Positions 43,758-53,041 of a stretch of 64,000 nucleotides of DNA are shown piece by piece; the first letter of the stretch is position 1, and each line of letters opens with the position of its first letter. Position numbers and translations under genes: made by a program. This DNA is from an uncultured Holophagales bacterium (GTDB lineage: Bacteria; Acidobacteriota; Thermoanaerobaculia; Multivoradales; UBA5704). Where the stretch lies: contig CAWJGT010000003.1 of NCBI GenBank assembly GCA_963842525.1, positions 1,632,001 to 1,696,000 on the forward strand, in the 5' to 3' direction. Below the pieces are notes generated by a model, which searched no databases, was not told the DNA's origin, and saw nothing but the letters and a program-made list of their open reading frames with translations.

Positions 43758-43774
43758 CCCCTGCTTCGCAGGGG
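43758..43774 (-). promoter_or_regulatory. DGR-type target hairpin (GAA loop)
   Basis: CCCCTGC-GAA-GCAGGGG, 23 nt after the VR2 stop. Confidence 0.7.
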
Positions 43775-43797
43775 GAAAAAGGTCAAAAGGCAAGAGA

Positions 43798-43932
43798 TCA
43801 AGGCTGGTGGCGGGGGGCGCGCACACAGCGGAAGCCGACGTTCCTGTCCCGGTACCCGGGCTCGAACCTGCCCCGGTCCGCGGAGCGCAGGTACCTGGGC
43901 GAGTCGTCGAAGGAGCCCCCCCGCAGCACGCG
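43798..43932 (-). repeat. DGR variable repeat VR2
   Basis: Inverted homologue of VR1. Confidence 0.85.
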
Positions 43933-44769
43933 GCCCGGTCCCTTCTCGGGCCCCGATGGGTCGGCCTGCCGCTCGGCTCTGTAGGGCCCGAACCAGTCCC
44001 AGCACCATTCGAAGACATTCCCATGCATGTCGTGGAGGCCCCACGGATTGGGCTTGCGCGCGCCCACAGGCTGGGGCTCGTTCTGGGAGTTGCCGGCGAA
44101 CCAGGCGAACTGTTCGAGCTCGGTCACGTTGTCTCCGAACGACCAGCGGGTCTGCGTTCCGGCGCGACAGGCGTACTCCCACTCCGCTTCGGTGGGGAGG
44201 CGGTAGCCGTTCGCCGCCCGGTTCCAGGACACGGCATCGCCTTCGATCGCATAGCAGGGGGTGAGGCCTTCTTTTGCGGACAACGCGTTGCAGAATCGGG
44301 CGGCGTCAAGCCACGAGACGTTGTTGACCGGACGATCACCGGCAGCGCCTTCCGGCCAGCCGGGGTCGTCGCCCAGGATCTCGGCATACAGGCGCCGCGT
44401 TACCTGGAAGCGCATGCACCGGAAGGCGGAGACAGTCACTTCGTGGAGTGGCCCCTCGCTGCCGAATCTTCCTTCTTCCTCTTCCGGGCTGCCCATCCGG
44501 AAGGTGCCTGCGGGAATCGCGATCAGGTCGACCAGAGGCTCGGGCTCGGTGGGAAGGATCATCTCCTCGACCGGCTCACCGCTCCAGGCGAGCCGTGCGG
44601 CAGCGCCTAGGAGGATTACGAATCCTGCCAGAGCCGTGGGCCAGGGCAGGGCCGATGTCAGGGTAAACCCGGCAAGCCCGCCGATCAGAAGCCCGCAGGC
44701 CGTGGCTTGCCAGCTCGGGACACGGTCCAGCCGGCGCAGGACGGCGGCGAACGGCGGGTTTCGCGGCAT
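43798..44769 (-). CDS. Membrane-anchored FGE-sulfatase domain protein; DGR target 2
   Basis: Two N-terminal TM helices; FRMGS, YRLPTEAEWEYACR, DMHGNVFEW, RGGSF, GFRC. Confidence 0.9.
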   Translation of the reverse strand: MPRNPPFAAVLRRLDRVPSWQATACGLLIGGLAGFTLTSALPWPTALAGFVILLGAAARLAWSGEPVEEMILPTEPEPLVDLIAIPAGTFRMGSPEEEEGRFGSEGPLHEVTVSAFRCMRFQVTRRLYAEILGDDPGWPEGAAGDRPVNNVSWLDAARFCNALSAKEGLTPCYAIEGDAVSWNRAANGYRLPTEAEWEYACRAGTQTRWSFGDNVTELEQFAWFAGNSQNEPQPVGARKPNPWGLHDMHGNVFEWCWDWFGPYRAERQADPSGPEKGPGRVLRGGSFDDSPRYLRSADRGRFEPGYRDRNVGFRCVRAPRHQP

Positions 44770-45415
44770 TCGCGCCAGTGTACCGCTTCCTATGGATTCA
44801 GTCTCTGCCGCACCGTAAGCCGCTCTACCATAGCGTCCTGGCAGCCCGGCGTCCGGACCGGCCGCTCCAGCAATGGGGGCCGCCAGCCGGGTCGGATCGA
44901 GCAAGGTCGAGGCTTCTGAGCTCGCGAGACCCCGGCGCGGGCCACAGCGACCAGCGACGCGGACCGTGGTCCCAGTCATCGGTCTGGAGAGACACGGCAC
45001 CGGTCGGCCGGTCCGCAGGCCGGACCCGTGCTCCCTGCTGTGCGGACCGTGCGTCCGGTCAGAGGGAGCGCGGTCCCTGTCACTGGGACCGCGGTCCGCA
45101 TGGCCGGGCGCCAGGTCCCTTTGCAGGATCCGCGGTCCGGGTGACGCGTCGCGCGGTCCCAGTGACCGGGACCGCGCTCCAGAGAGCCGTCGCTCCTGTC
45201 CGCGAAGGTCGCCCGGCCCTCTTGACTTCCGCCTCATTCCTCGTCTAGTCTTGGACATCCGCAGCAGGAACTTCTCGCGGGAGGAGGTGAGACCGAGCCA
45301 GCAGATCCGATCCAGACCGATCCGCCGTCGTGACCTTCGATGTCGTACCCAGGAAAGCGGGCCCGAGTGAGTTGCAGACCTCACCCGGACCCCAGCCACG
45401 CAAAGGAGTGACCCA

Positions 45416-45958
45416 ATGCGCGACCATGAAGATGGTACCACCCGCCGTCCGTCCACCCAGGCGGACATCCCTGAAGCATCCGGCAACCCTCTCGTCCCCC
45501 AGCACGTCTTCGATCCCGGCTACCTTCAGCTCATGGCCCACCGCGACGAGCCCTGGACCGGCTCCGAGGCGGATGTGGCCGGGCCTTGGCACCTGGAGCG
45601 GTTCCCTGGCGGTCATGCCGTCTTGCGGGAAGGGGAGTCGCTGCGCCGCGGCGACGTCCCGATGGCCCGCTTCGCGGCCGAGGATGCCGCCCAGCTCTGT
45701 GCCGCCGTGCTCCCTGGCACGGGCCGGAGCCGGCGCTATCAGCTCGGACCCGACCCGGACGCCGAGGGCTATCCCATCCACCGGGACGGTCGGCTCGTCG
45801 GCCACCTGGCTCTTTTCGATCCCGACCTGATGGCGGCGCTCAACGTGGCCGACGCCCTTGTCTCGTCACCCCGCGACTTCGCCTGGCTGCTCGACGCCGC
45901 GGGAGGGCTCCTCCTCGATCACGCCGGCAAGATTGCCCTGGCCCGCGCCCTGGTCTGA
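45416..45958 (+). CDS. Hypothetical protein, paralog of 52300..52809
   Basis: AAGGAG RBS; shared DEP..EA..AG.W, GDVP, AVLPGTGR, GHL.LFD and LL.AAGG motifs. Confidence 0.8.
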   Translation: MRDHEDGTTRRPSTQADIPEASGNPLVPQHVFDPGYLQLMAHRDEPWTGSEADVAGPWHLERFPGGHAVLREGESLRRGDVPMARFAAEDAAQLCAAVLPGTGRSRRYQLGPDPDAEGYPIHRDGRLVGHLALFDPDLMAALNVADALVSSPRDFAWLLDAAGGLLLDHAGKIALARALV

Positions 45959-45963
45959 GGCGG

Positions 45964-46809
45964 TCACCCCTGGCTCGCGCGGGTTTGGCGGGTCCGCACC
46001 ACCCGCCAGCCCGCGAAGAGCAGCAGGAAGAGCCCCAGCGAGCAGACGATTGCGGGCCCGCTGGGGAAGTCCACCTGGTAGGAGGCGATCAGGCCCACGG
46101 CGCTGGCGAGGAAGCCGACCGCCCAGGCGATGGCGATGCGTGCTCCCCAGCGGTCGCTGGTGCCCAGCGCGATGATTGCCGGAGCCACCAGGTAGGAAAA
46201 GACCATCAGGACGCCGGCGATCTCGACCGACAGGGTGATGATCACGCCGAAGGAGACGTAGAAGAGGAAGTCCCAGAGCCGGACATTGATCCCTTCGGCA
46301 TAGGCGCGGTCCGGGTCCTCCGAGATCATGATGAAGCGGCGCCTGAAAAGATAGTGAAAGAGGCCGACCGCCGCGTAGATCACCAGGTCCTTGATCACCG
46401 TCCCCCAGGTGACCCAGAGGATCGAGCCGGCGAGCAGCTCCTTGATGTGCTCCGCCCCCTCGGGCGCCCGGTCCGCCACCAGGATGGCCGTGGCGGAAGC
46501 GATCACATAGGTGATGCCGATGACCGCCTCCTGCGGGACCTTGCTTTCGTGGGTGCGCGTGCGGGTGAAGCTGAAGATCAGGGCGCCGAGCACGGCCGCG
46601 CCCAGCGAGTACGCGAACGAGGCCGCGCTCCCGACCGGATGCCCGAGGACGAACGCCACGACCGCGCCGAGCGCGGCGATCTGCGCCAGCGCCAGGTCCA
46701 CGAAGATGACCTGGCGCAGCAGGACGTGCAGGCCCAGGTAGCCATGGATCCCCACCAGGATCAGGCAGGCCGCGAACGGGGCGGCCATGAACGCGAGCAT
46801 TTCGAGCAT
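45964..46809 (-). CDS. Metal (Zn/Mn) ABC transporter permease
   Basis: IFVDLALAQIAALG, multiple TM helices, PSGPAIV. Confidence 0.88.
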   Translation of the reverse strand: MLEMLAFMAAPFAACLILVGIHGYLGLHVLLRQVIFVDLALAQIAALGAVVAFVLGHPVGSAASFAYSLGAAVLGALIFSFTRTRTHESKVPQEAVIGITYVIASATAILVADRAPEGAEHIKELLAGSILWVTWGTVIKDLVIYAAVGLFHYLFRRRFIMISEDPDRAYAEGINVRLWDFLFYVSFGVIITLSVEIAGVLMVFSYLVAPAIIALGTSDRWGARIAIAWAVGFLASAVGLIASYQVDFPSGPAIVCSLGLFLLLFAGWRVVRTRQTRASQG

Positions 46810-46846
46810 CCTGCGACTCCTTCTTGGTAGAGCTGGCCGCGGTGGA

Positions 46847-46994
46847 CCCTCACCCCCGTCCCCTCTCCCAACCGCACTCCCAAGCCACCGGGAGAGGGGC
46901 GCCCCCACCCAAGAACTTCCATGGGAGTGCCTTTTCCCCCCTCTCCCGGGGGAGTGGGAGTGCGGTTGGGAGAGGGGGGTAGGGGGGTGAGGGC
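46847..46994. repeat. Inverted REP-like doublet
   Basis: CCCTCACCCC...CTCTCCCAACCGCACTCCCA and its inverse TGGGAGTGCGGTTGGGAGAG...GGGGTGAGGG. Confidence 0.75.
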
Positions 46995-48029
46995 TCACCC
47001 CTGGTACGCCTTGGCCAGCTCGTTCACCCAGCGGTCGATCAGGCCGAAGTAGGCGTTCGGGCCGGTGCCGTCCGGGCCTAGGGGGACGATGACCGCATCT
47101 GCGCCGGTCCGCTCGGCGATGGCCTTCGCCTGGTTCGGCGGGTAGTAGGATGGGGCCATCACGACCTTGATGTCGTCCGCTTTCATCTTTTCGATCAGCT
47201 CGTGCACGTGCCTGGCCGACGGCGGGATGCCCGGCTTGGGCTCCACGTCGCCGGCCACCTGGAGGCCGAAGAGGCGCGTGAAGTAGGCCCAGCTCTGGTG
47301 GTAGGTCACCAGCTCCTTGCCGCGGAAGCTCATCCCCTTGCCCAGCCAGCCGCCCAGGTAATCGATCAGTTTTTTTCCCTTGTAGTCTTTGGCTTGGAGG
47401 AAGGGGATGAGCTTGCCCTGGCGCGCCAGGTTGTCCAGGGTGCCGGCGCCCAGGATCTGCGGGAGCTGGTCGCCGTAGAGGTCGCGGTCGATCAGCTTCC
47501 GGAACTCGGCGAGCCGCTGATCATAGGTGGCCGCCCCCTGCGGGTCCACCCGCTTGAGGCCGTTGGCGATGTTGCGGGCGATGATCTTGGCGTTGAGCGG
47601 GCTCGTGTGGATGTGCGGGTTGCCATAAATGTGAAGATCGCCCGCCGACCGGCTCGGATTGACCGGCACGTCCATCAGCGGGATGCCCTGGCTGGCGTTG
47701 ACATAGCCCGGCTGGCCTTCGCGGATCTTCTTGTTTCCCGACTTGTCGATGAGCACCGGCGCCCAGAGCTCGAGATCGAGGCCCGTGGTGACGAAGAGGC
47801 CGGCGTCCTTGAGCATCAGGGCGTAGGAGGGCTTGGGCTTGACGAAGTGGGCGTCCTCGTCGCCGCGGGCGATGGACTGGACCTGCACACGGTCGCCGCC
47901 GACGAACTGGGCGATCGAGGCATAGGCCGGCAGGGTGGTGACCACCTTGACGGGAGCCGCCCAGGCGGTAGCGCCGCCGAAGGCCAGGGCGAGCAGCAGG
48001 ATCGTCAGTATGTTCAATGCTTTGCGCAT
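46995..48029 (-). CDS. Metal ABC transporter substrate-binding protein (ZnuA-like)
   Basis: DAH, GLDLELW, H-x-x-GNPH, YH, EPKPGIPP. Confidence 0.92.
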   Translation of the reverse strand: MRKALNILTILLLALAFGGATAWAAPVKVVTTLPAYASIAQFVGGDRVQVQSIARGDEDAHFVKPKPSYALMLKDAGLFVTTGLDLELWAPVLIDKSGNKKIREGQPGYVNASQGIPLMDVPVNPSRSAGDLHIYGNPHIHTSPLNAKIIARNIANGLKRVDPQGAATYDQRLAEFRKLIDRDLYGDQLPQILGAGTLDNLARQGKLIPFLQAKDYKGKKLIDYLGGWLGKGMSFRGKELVTYHQSWAYFTRLFGLQVAGDVEPKPGIPPSARHVHELIEKMKADDIKVVMAPSYYPPNQAKAIAERTGADAVIVPLGPDGTGPNAYFGLIDRWVNELAKAYQG

Positions 48030-48052
48030 GGCTCTTCTTCCTTCCTATGGGC

Positions 48053-49351
48053 CTAGTAGGTCTCGTGCTTGTGGGGGCCGGCGGACCAGACGATCTGCAG
48101 GCTGAACCGCTTCTCGGAGTCGCCGCTCAGGTCATCTTTCAGGAAGCCGTACTCGCCGCGCAGGCGGACGAACTCGCTCTGCCACCAGGTCAGGCTCGGG
48201 AAGAGTCCCCAGACCACGTGGTCCGCGTCGAACGGGTCTTCCACCCGGTCGTAGCGCAGGCCGGCGTAGAGGTTCTGCCGCAGGAGCCCTTCGAGATAGG
48301 TGTAGCCGCCCCAGGCCTTGTTGCGGATCCCCTCTGCGTCGTCCCGTTCGGAGCGCAGCAGCTCGGTCCGCCAGGTGATTTCGCGGTAAAGGGCCTTGTC
48401 CGGTGGCTGCCAGTGGACGGTGAAGTCCGTGCCCCAGACCCGGCTGTCGCCGCCGGAACCGTTGCCGCCGGCAGCGCCGGACAGGCCCAGCTCGACATAG
48501 GTCGCCGGGTTGACGTCCCAGTAGTTCTTGAGGTGGGCAAGCCCGACGAGGCGCTGGAACGACTCGCCGCCGAAGGCCTCGTTCTCGCCATCGGTCAGCT
48601 CCAGGGTCAGCTCGTTGGCCGTCGCCCACGGCCGCGGGAGCAGCCAGGTGGCGGAGAGGCCGGTCTGCGCCAGCCCCTCGGCCCCGAAGTAGGTCTGGAG
48701 CGCGAGCGGATAGTCGAGCTGGGGGAGAGCGTGCAGGTGCCAGCGGTTGAGGAGGCCGAAATTCTGGCGGAGCTTGCCCGCCGTGAGCGAGAGGCCGCCG
48801 CGCAGCCCGGCATAGGTGACGTATGCCTCTTCGATGTCCACCCCCTCCTCGGGATTGAACGAGAGGGTCCATTTGGTCAGCGAGAAGGGATCGAGAGCCG
48901 ACTGGAAATTCAGCTCGAGCTCGCGGGCATTGAAATCCTCGGGTCCCTGGTCGGTCGTGAAGCCGACGACGTCGCCGGTGATCGAGATCTCCGGGTTCAG
49001 CCGGTTGAGGTTCCGCTCGCCGCCCGCGGCCACCACCGGCTGGGCCCAGCCTGAGGAAGGCTCCGCGGGCCCTGCCTCCGGGCCTGCCGCTTCGGCCGCG
49101 GCGGCGCGCAGGGCTGCCAGCTCATCGTCATCGGACGGCGTGCCGGTCTGGCCGGCGGCCTCCAGCTCGGCGAGCCGCCGTTCGAGGGTGGTGAGCCGAT
49201 CTCCGTATTCCTGTTTCAGCGCATCGATCTCCCGGCGGAGCGCGGTGATCGGGTCCTCGGTCGAGGCCTCCTGGGCCCGCGCTTCCGCGGGAGCCAGGAG
49301 GTACAGCGCACAGATCCCCGCCATCCAAAGGCGGGAGCGTGAAATGAACAT
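48053..49351 (-). CDS. Outer-membrane beta-barrel protein (metal uptake-associated)
   Basis: Signal peptide, coiled coil, NPEIS, EEAY, N-x-x-H-x-H, C-terminal GPHKH. Confidence 0.75.
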   Translation of the reverse strand: MFISRSRLWMAGICALYLLAPAEARAQEASTEDPITALRREIDALKQEYGDRLTTLERRLAELEAAGQTGTPSDDDELAALRAAAAEAAGPEAGPAEPSSGWAQPVVAAGGERNLNRLNPEISITGDVVGFTTDQGPEDFNARELELNFQSALDPFSLTKWTLSFNPEEGVDIEEAYVTYAGLRGGLSLTAGKLRQNFGLLNRWHLHALPQLDYPLALQTYFGAEGLAQTGLSATWLLPRPWATANELTLELTDGENEAFGGESFQRLVGLAHLKNYWDVNPATYVELGLSGAAGGNGSGGDSRVWGTDFTVHWQPPDKALYREITWRTELLRSERDDAEGIRNKAWGGYTYLEGLLRQNLYAGLRYDRVEDPFDADHVVWGLFPSLTWWQSEFVRLRGEYGFLKDDLSGDSEKRFSLQIVWSAGPHKHETY

Positions 49352-49446
49352 GCTCGTTCTCTCCTCCAGTGAACGTCCCGCCTGCGGGCACCGTGGTGCC
49401 GCAGACGTCGTCGTGGTCGTCACCCGCGGGCGGGTGGACGGCCGCT

Positions 49447-49839
49447 CTAGGACGCGAGGAGGGAGGCCGGCGGGGCCCGGGCGGGGCCGAGCTCGACAGG
49501 GATCTTCGGGGCGATCTGCTCCGTTGCGACGGAGGCCGTCCCCAGCGGGATCGGCAGGGGAAGAGGCTCCGGCGCCGTGAGGTATGAGCCGCCCTGTACC
49601 TGCAGCAGGCAGGCTGTGCACCCGGGATGGTGCTCGATCCGGGAGCCCTCGAAGTGGATCGGGTCGCCTGGGTGTTGGGCGCCGTGGTCGATCTCGACGC
49701 CGGAGGGGGGGCCGGAATGCTCCGCGACGGAAGCGTGGGGGACGGCTACGCCGACGGCCAGGGCCACGCCCAGGGCCAGGGCGAGCAGGGCCCGGTTCCA
49801 TGAGAAGGGGGCCGGGGTCAATGCGCGGCGGCTCGGCAC
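49447..49839 (-). CDS. DUF2946/CutF/CruR-like leader protein with CxxC and RAPP motif
   Basis: Hydrophobic signal, His-rich, HHPGCTAC, Pro-rich linker, C-terminal ARAPP. Confidence 0.78.
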   Translation of the reverse strand: MPSRRALTPAPFSWNRALLALALGVALAVGVAVPHASVAEHSGPPSGVEIDHGAQHPGDPIHFEGSRIEHHPGCTACLLQVQGGSYLTAPEPLPLPIPLGTASVATEQIAPKIPVELGPARAPPASLLAS

Positions 49840-49908
49840 GGTCAGATCATAACAGACGAGGGGCCTGTCTCCGGGATCTGCAACAAGCCGGCGCGGCGGC
49901 GGATTCCG

Positions 49909-51039
49909 TCACGCCGCCGCTTGCGCGTGCCGCTTCTCTTCGGCCAGGCGCAGGAAGGCCGCGATCCGCAACGCCTCGTTGATGTCGTCCCGGTTGACCA
50001 GGCCGAGGAAGCGCTCGCCGTCGAACACGGCGGCGACCGAGGCGTTGCGCTCCGAGAGGACCTCCTGCGCCTGGTCCAGGGTCTGGCCGGCGTCGAGGCG
50101 GACGACGTCGCGGCTCATCACGCCGGTGACATAGCCGTCCGCGTCGCCGGTGAGCAGCGCCTGGAGGGCGGCATCCCGCGTCACGACGCCCAACAGCCGC
50201 CCGCCGTGGACGACGGCGAAATCGGGCTGGTAGCTGGTCAGCAGGTAGTCGATCACCCGGTGGACCGGATCGACCGGCTGCAGGAGCAGCGCATGCTTGT
50301 TGTAGGCGTCCCCGAGCCGCAGGGTCGAGAGCAGGGCTCGCGCCTCCTCGGCCGCCCGCTCCTGGCCCGCCCCCACGAAGACGAAGAAGGCCACCATCGC
50401 CAACAGGATTTGCCCCTGGAAGATGGCAAAGAGGCCGAGCCCGAGCGCCAGGAGCTGGCCGATGACGGTCGCCACCCGGGTGGCGCGCATGTAGCCGAGG
50501 AACATGGCGAGGATCGCCCGCAGCATGCGCCCGCCGTCCATCGGGAACGCCGGGATCAGGTTGAAGAGGACCAGCGTGACGTTGGCGGCGAGGAGCCAGT
50601 GGAGGAAGGTGGCCGCCGAAGGGCCCGCCTGGCTCAGGCTGACGAGCTCGCGACCGTCGAATGACAGCCGGCCGCTCGCTCCCAGAGCGAAAGCCAGGAC
50701 GATGGCGATCACCACGTTGACCAGCGGACCCGCGACCGCGATGAGCAGCTCGTGCATTGGGCGGCGCGGGATGCGGCCGAGCAGCGCCACGCCGCCGATG
50801 GGCAGCAGGATGATCTCGCGCACCTCCACCCCCAGCCGCTGGGCCACCAGGCTATGGCCGAGCTCGTGGAGCACCACGCAGGCGAAGAGCGTCGCCATCA
50901 GGAGGGCGCCGAACGCCGCTCCGCGCGCTCCCCAGGGGTTGGCCCACTGGAACGCTCCCAGAATCAGGATGAGCGGGAACGTGAAATGGATCTTGATGTC
51001 GATCCCGGCAATGCGCAGGAGGCGGTACGAGCTCTTCAT
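49909..51039 (-). CDS. Site-2 protease (M50) with CBS domains
   Basis: HELGH, AGP, FNLIPAFPMDGG. Confidence 0.92.
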   Translation of the reverse strand: MKSSYRLLRIAGIDIKIHFTFPLILILGAFQWANPWGARGAAFGALLMATLFACVVLHELGHSLVAQRLGVEVREIILLPIGGVALLGRIPRRPMHELLIAVAGPLVNVVIAIVLAFALGASGRLSFDGRELVSLSQAGPSAATFLHWLLAANVTLVLFNLIPAFPMDGGRMLRAILAMFLGYMRATRVATVIGQLLALGLGLFAIFQGQILLAMVAFFVFVGAGQERAAEEARALLSTLRLGDAYNKHALLLQPVDPVHRVIDYLLTSYQPDFAVVHGGRLLGVVTRDAALQALLTGDADGYVTGVMSRDVVRLDAGQTLDQAQEVLSERNASVAAVFDGERFLGLVNRDDINEALRIAAFLRLAEEKRHAQAAA

Positions 51040-52001
51040 CCTTCCATCTCCTCAGCCTTCGGCAGGCGCTCGATGCGGGCGGCCTCCTCGCGCCGGCTCT
51101 TCCACAGGGAGGCCGCGACGGCGGCGGCGAGCAGGAACGCGATCACCAGCAGCGACACGGACGAAGGGATCTTGTAGAGGTCGGCCAGGGTCATCTTGGT
51201 CCCTACGAACACCAGGACCCCGGAGAGCCCGAGCTTCAGGTAGACGAACTTCTGGATCACGCCGGCCAGCACGAAATAGAGCGAGCGCAGGCCGAGGATG
51301 GCGAACACGTTCGAGGTGTAGACGAGGAACGGATCGAGCGTCACGGCGAAGATCGCCGGGATCGAATCGACGGCGAACACCAGGTCGGTGGTCTCGACGA
51401 GCACGAGCACGAGGAAAAGCGGCGTGGCCATCCTCCGGCCGCCTTCGCGGACGAAGAAATGGCCCTCCCGGTAGCCCGAGGTCACCGGCACCAGCCGGCG
51501 CACCAGCTTGAGCACCGGGTTGTGCTCGGGATGGATCTCGGAGTCGCGCGTAACCGCCATTTTGACCCCGGTGAGGATGAGGAAGGCGCCGAAGACGTAG
51601 ATGATCCAGTGGAAGGACTCGATCAGCGCCGTGCCGGCCAGGATGAAGGCGGCCCGCATCACCAGCGCTCCCAGGATACCCCAGAAGAGCACCCGGTGCT
51701 GGTAGACCGGCCGGACCGCGAAGTAGCCGAAGATCAGCGCCATGACGAAGATGTTGTCGACGCTCAGCGACTTCTCGATCAGGTAGCCGGTGAGGAACTG
51801 CAGGGCCGGCTCGGAGCCGCGGAACCACCAGATCCCGGCGTTGAAGAGCAGCGCCATTGTCACCCAGACGCAGCTCCAGACCGTGGCCTCCCGGATCGAG
51901 ACCTCGTGGGACTTGCGGTGGAAGACCCCCAGGTCGAGGGCCAGCATGGCGAGGATGAAGAGGTTGAACCCTACCCAGAGCCACAGGGAGGTGTCGGACA
52001 T
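51036..52001 (-). CDS. TerC/Alx family membrane protein
   Basis: EKSLSVDNIFV, ETTDLVFAVDSIPA, SNVFAILGLR. Confidence 0.93.
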   Translation of the reverse strand: MSDTSLWLWVGFNLFILAMLALDLGVFHRKSHEVSIREATVWSCVWVTMALLFNAGIWWFRGSEPALQFLTGYLIEKSLSVDNIFVMALIFGYFAVRPVYQHRVLFWGILGALVMRAAFILAGTALIESFHWIIYVFGAFLILTGVKMAVTRDSEIHPEHNPVLKLVRRLVPVTSGYREGHFFVREGGRRMATPLFLVLVLVETTDLVFAVDSIPAIFAVTLDPFLVYTSNVFAILGLRSLYFVLAGVIQKFVYLKLGLSGVLVFVGTKMTLADLYKIPSSVSLLVIAFLLAAAVAASLWKSRREEAARIERLPKAEEMEG

Positions 52002-52071
52002 GAGCCCATCTCCTTTCCGAGACGGGCCGTGGGGGAGAAAGGCGAAACCCCACGGCACGGTTGACGTGTCG

Positions 52072-52183
52072 TGGTGGTCTCGCCGAGAGAGCTGTCAAAG
52101 CCTCTCCCGGACGACCGGGGGCGTGAGCCCCGTCTTGACGGCCGCCCGTCCCGGGGACGTCCCCGGGCGGCTACTCCCCACCG
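52072..52183 (-). ncRNA. yybP-ykoY (Mn2+) riboswitch
   Basis: GGGGAGTAGC...CGTCAAGAC...GGCGAGACC with closing stem, upstream of a TerC gene. Confidence 0.85.
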
Positions 52184-52299
52184 TTAGGTGCAAGAGTATA
52201 CAGGCAGGGAAAATTCCGGCCGGGGATGAGTCATGGGCGGGAGGACGACCCGGTTCTGCACGATCGTCGACCCGCCCGACATGCCGCCCTGCTGCGCCC

Positions 52300-52809
52300 C
52301 TACCGGGACTCCGTGCCCTCCGCGGTCCACAGGAGCCTGCCGGCCTCGCGGAGCGCGATGCCTCCGGCGGCTTCGAGGAGATGGGCGAGGGCCTCGGGGG
52401 AGCGCAGGAGGCACTCCGCCACGTGCATCGCATCCCGCAGGTTCTCGTCGAACAGGCGCAGGTGCCCTTCGACCTCGCCCCCCAGGCTCTCCAGGGCGAA
52501 GCCGTCGGGGTCCGGCTCCAGGTGCAGCCGCAGCAGCGGGTCGCGCCCCGTGCCCGGCAGGACCGCGGTGGCCAGCAAGGCCCGCTCGCGACGGCGGAAG
52601 GTGGCGACCGGGACATCGCCCCGTTCCGGGCTCTGACCCCGGCGAAACACCCCCCAGCCGCTGCCGGGCATCGGCTGCGCCACCCAAGTTCCGGCCGCCT
52701 CGGCTTCGGCCGCCGTCACCGGCTCGTCGAGGCGGTCCACCGCGGCCAGGAACGTCTCGTCGAAGGCGTTGGCGGGAAGTGGGGTGGCCCCGTTTCGTTC
52801 GCTGCTCAT
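52300..52809 (-). CDS. Hypothetical protein, paralog of 45416..45958
   Basis: GAGGAGG RBS; shared motifs. Confidence 0.8.
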   Translation of the reverse strand: MSSERNGATPLPANAFDETFLAAVDRLDEPVTAAEAEAAGTWVAQPMPGSGWGVFRRGQSPERGDVPVATFRRRERALLATAVLPGTGRDPLLRLHLEPDPDGFALESLGGEVEGHLRLFDENLRDAMHVAECLLRSPEALAHLLEAAGGIALREAGRLLWTAEGTESR

Positions 52810-53041
52810 GGATTGATCCCTCCTCTGCGTCGGGCCCGGTCGAGGCCGTTCCTCCCTGGGCCGGTTGTGTGTTCGGCCGGCGATACTCCACCCTGCGTCG
52901 CCAGGGCCGGCGGAAACGTTACGGACTGCGTTAGACTTCGCCACGCGAGACAACTTCTGCGTCACGGAAATCATACGCCCTGTTTACGCCATGTGCAAGG
53001 GGTGCAATGGCGCGGATTCCGGACACGCCGAGGACCGGCCC

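Noticed and set aside
43110-43932. One of the two repeats being the template repeat
   Set aside because: Both are coding and neither has A at all mismatches (e.g. GCG/TCG, TAC/GAC), so both are VRs
44930-45200. CRISPR array
   Set aside because: No identical repeats with unique spacers and no cas genes; no array seen anywhere in the window
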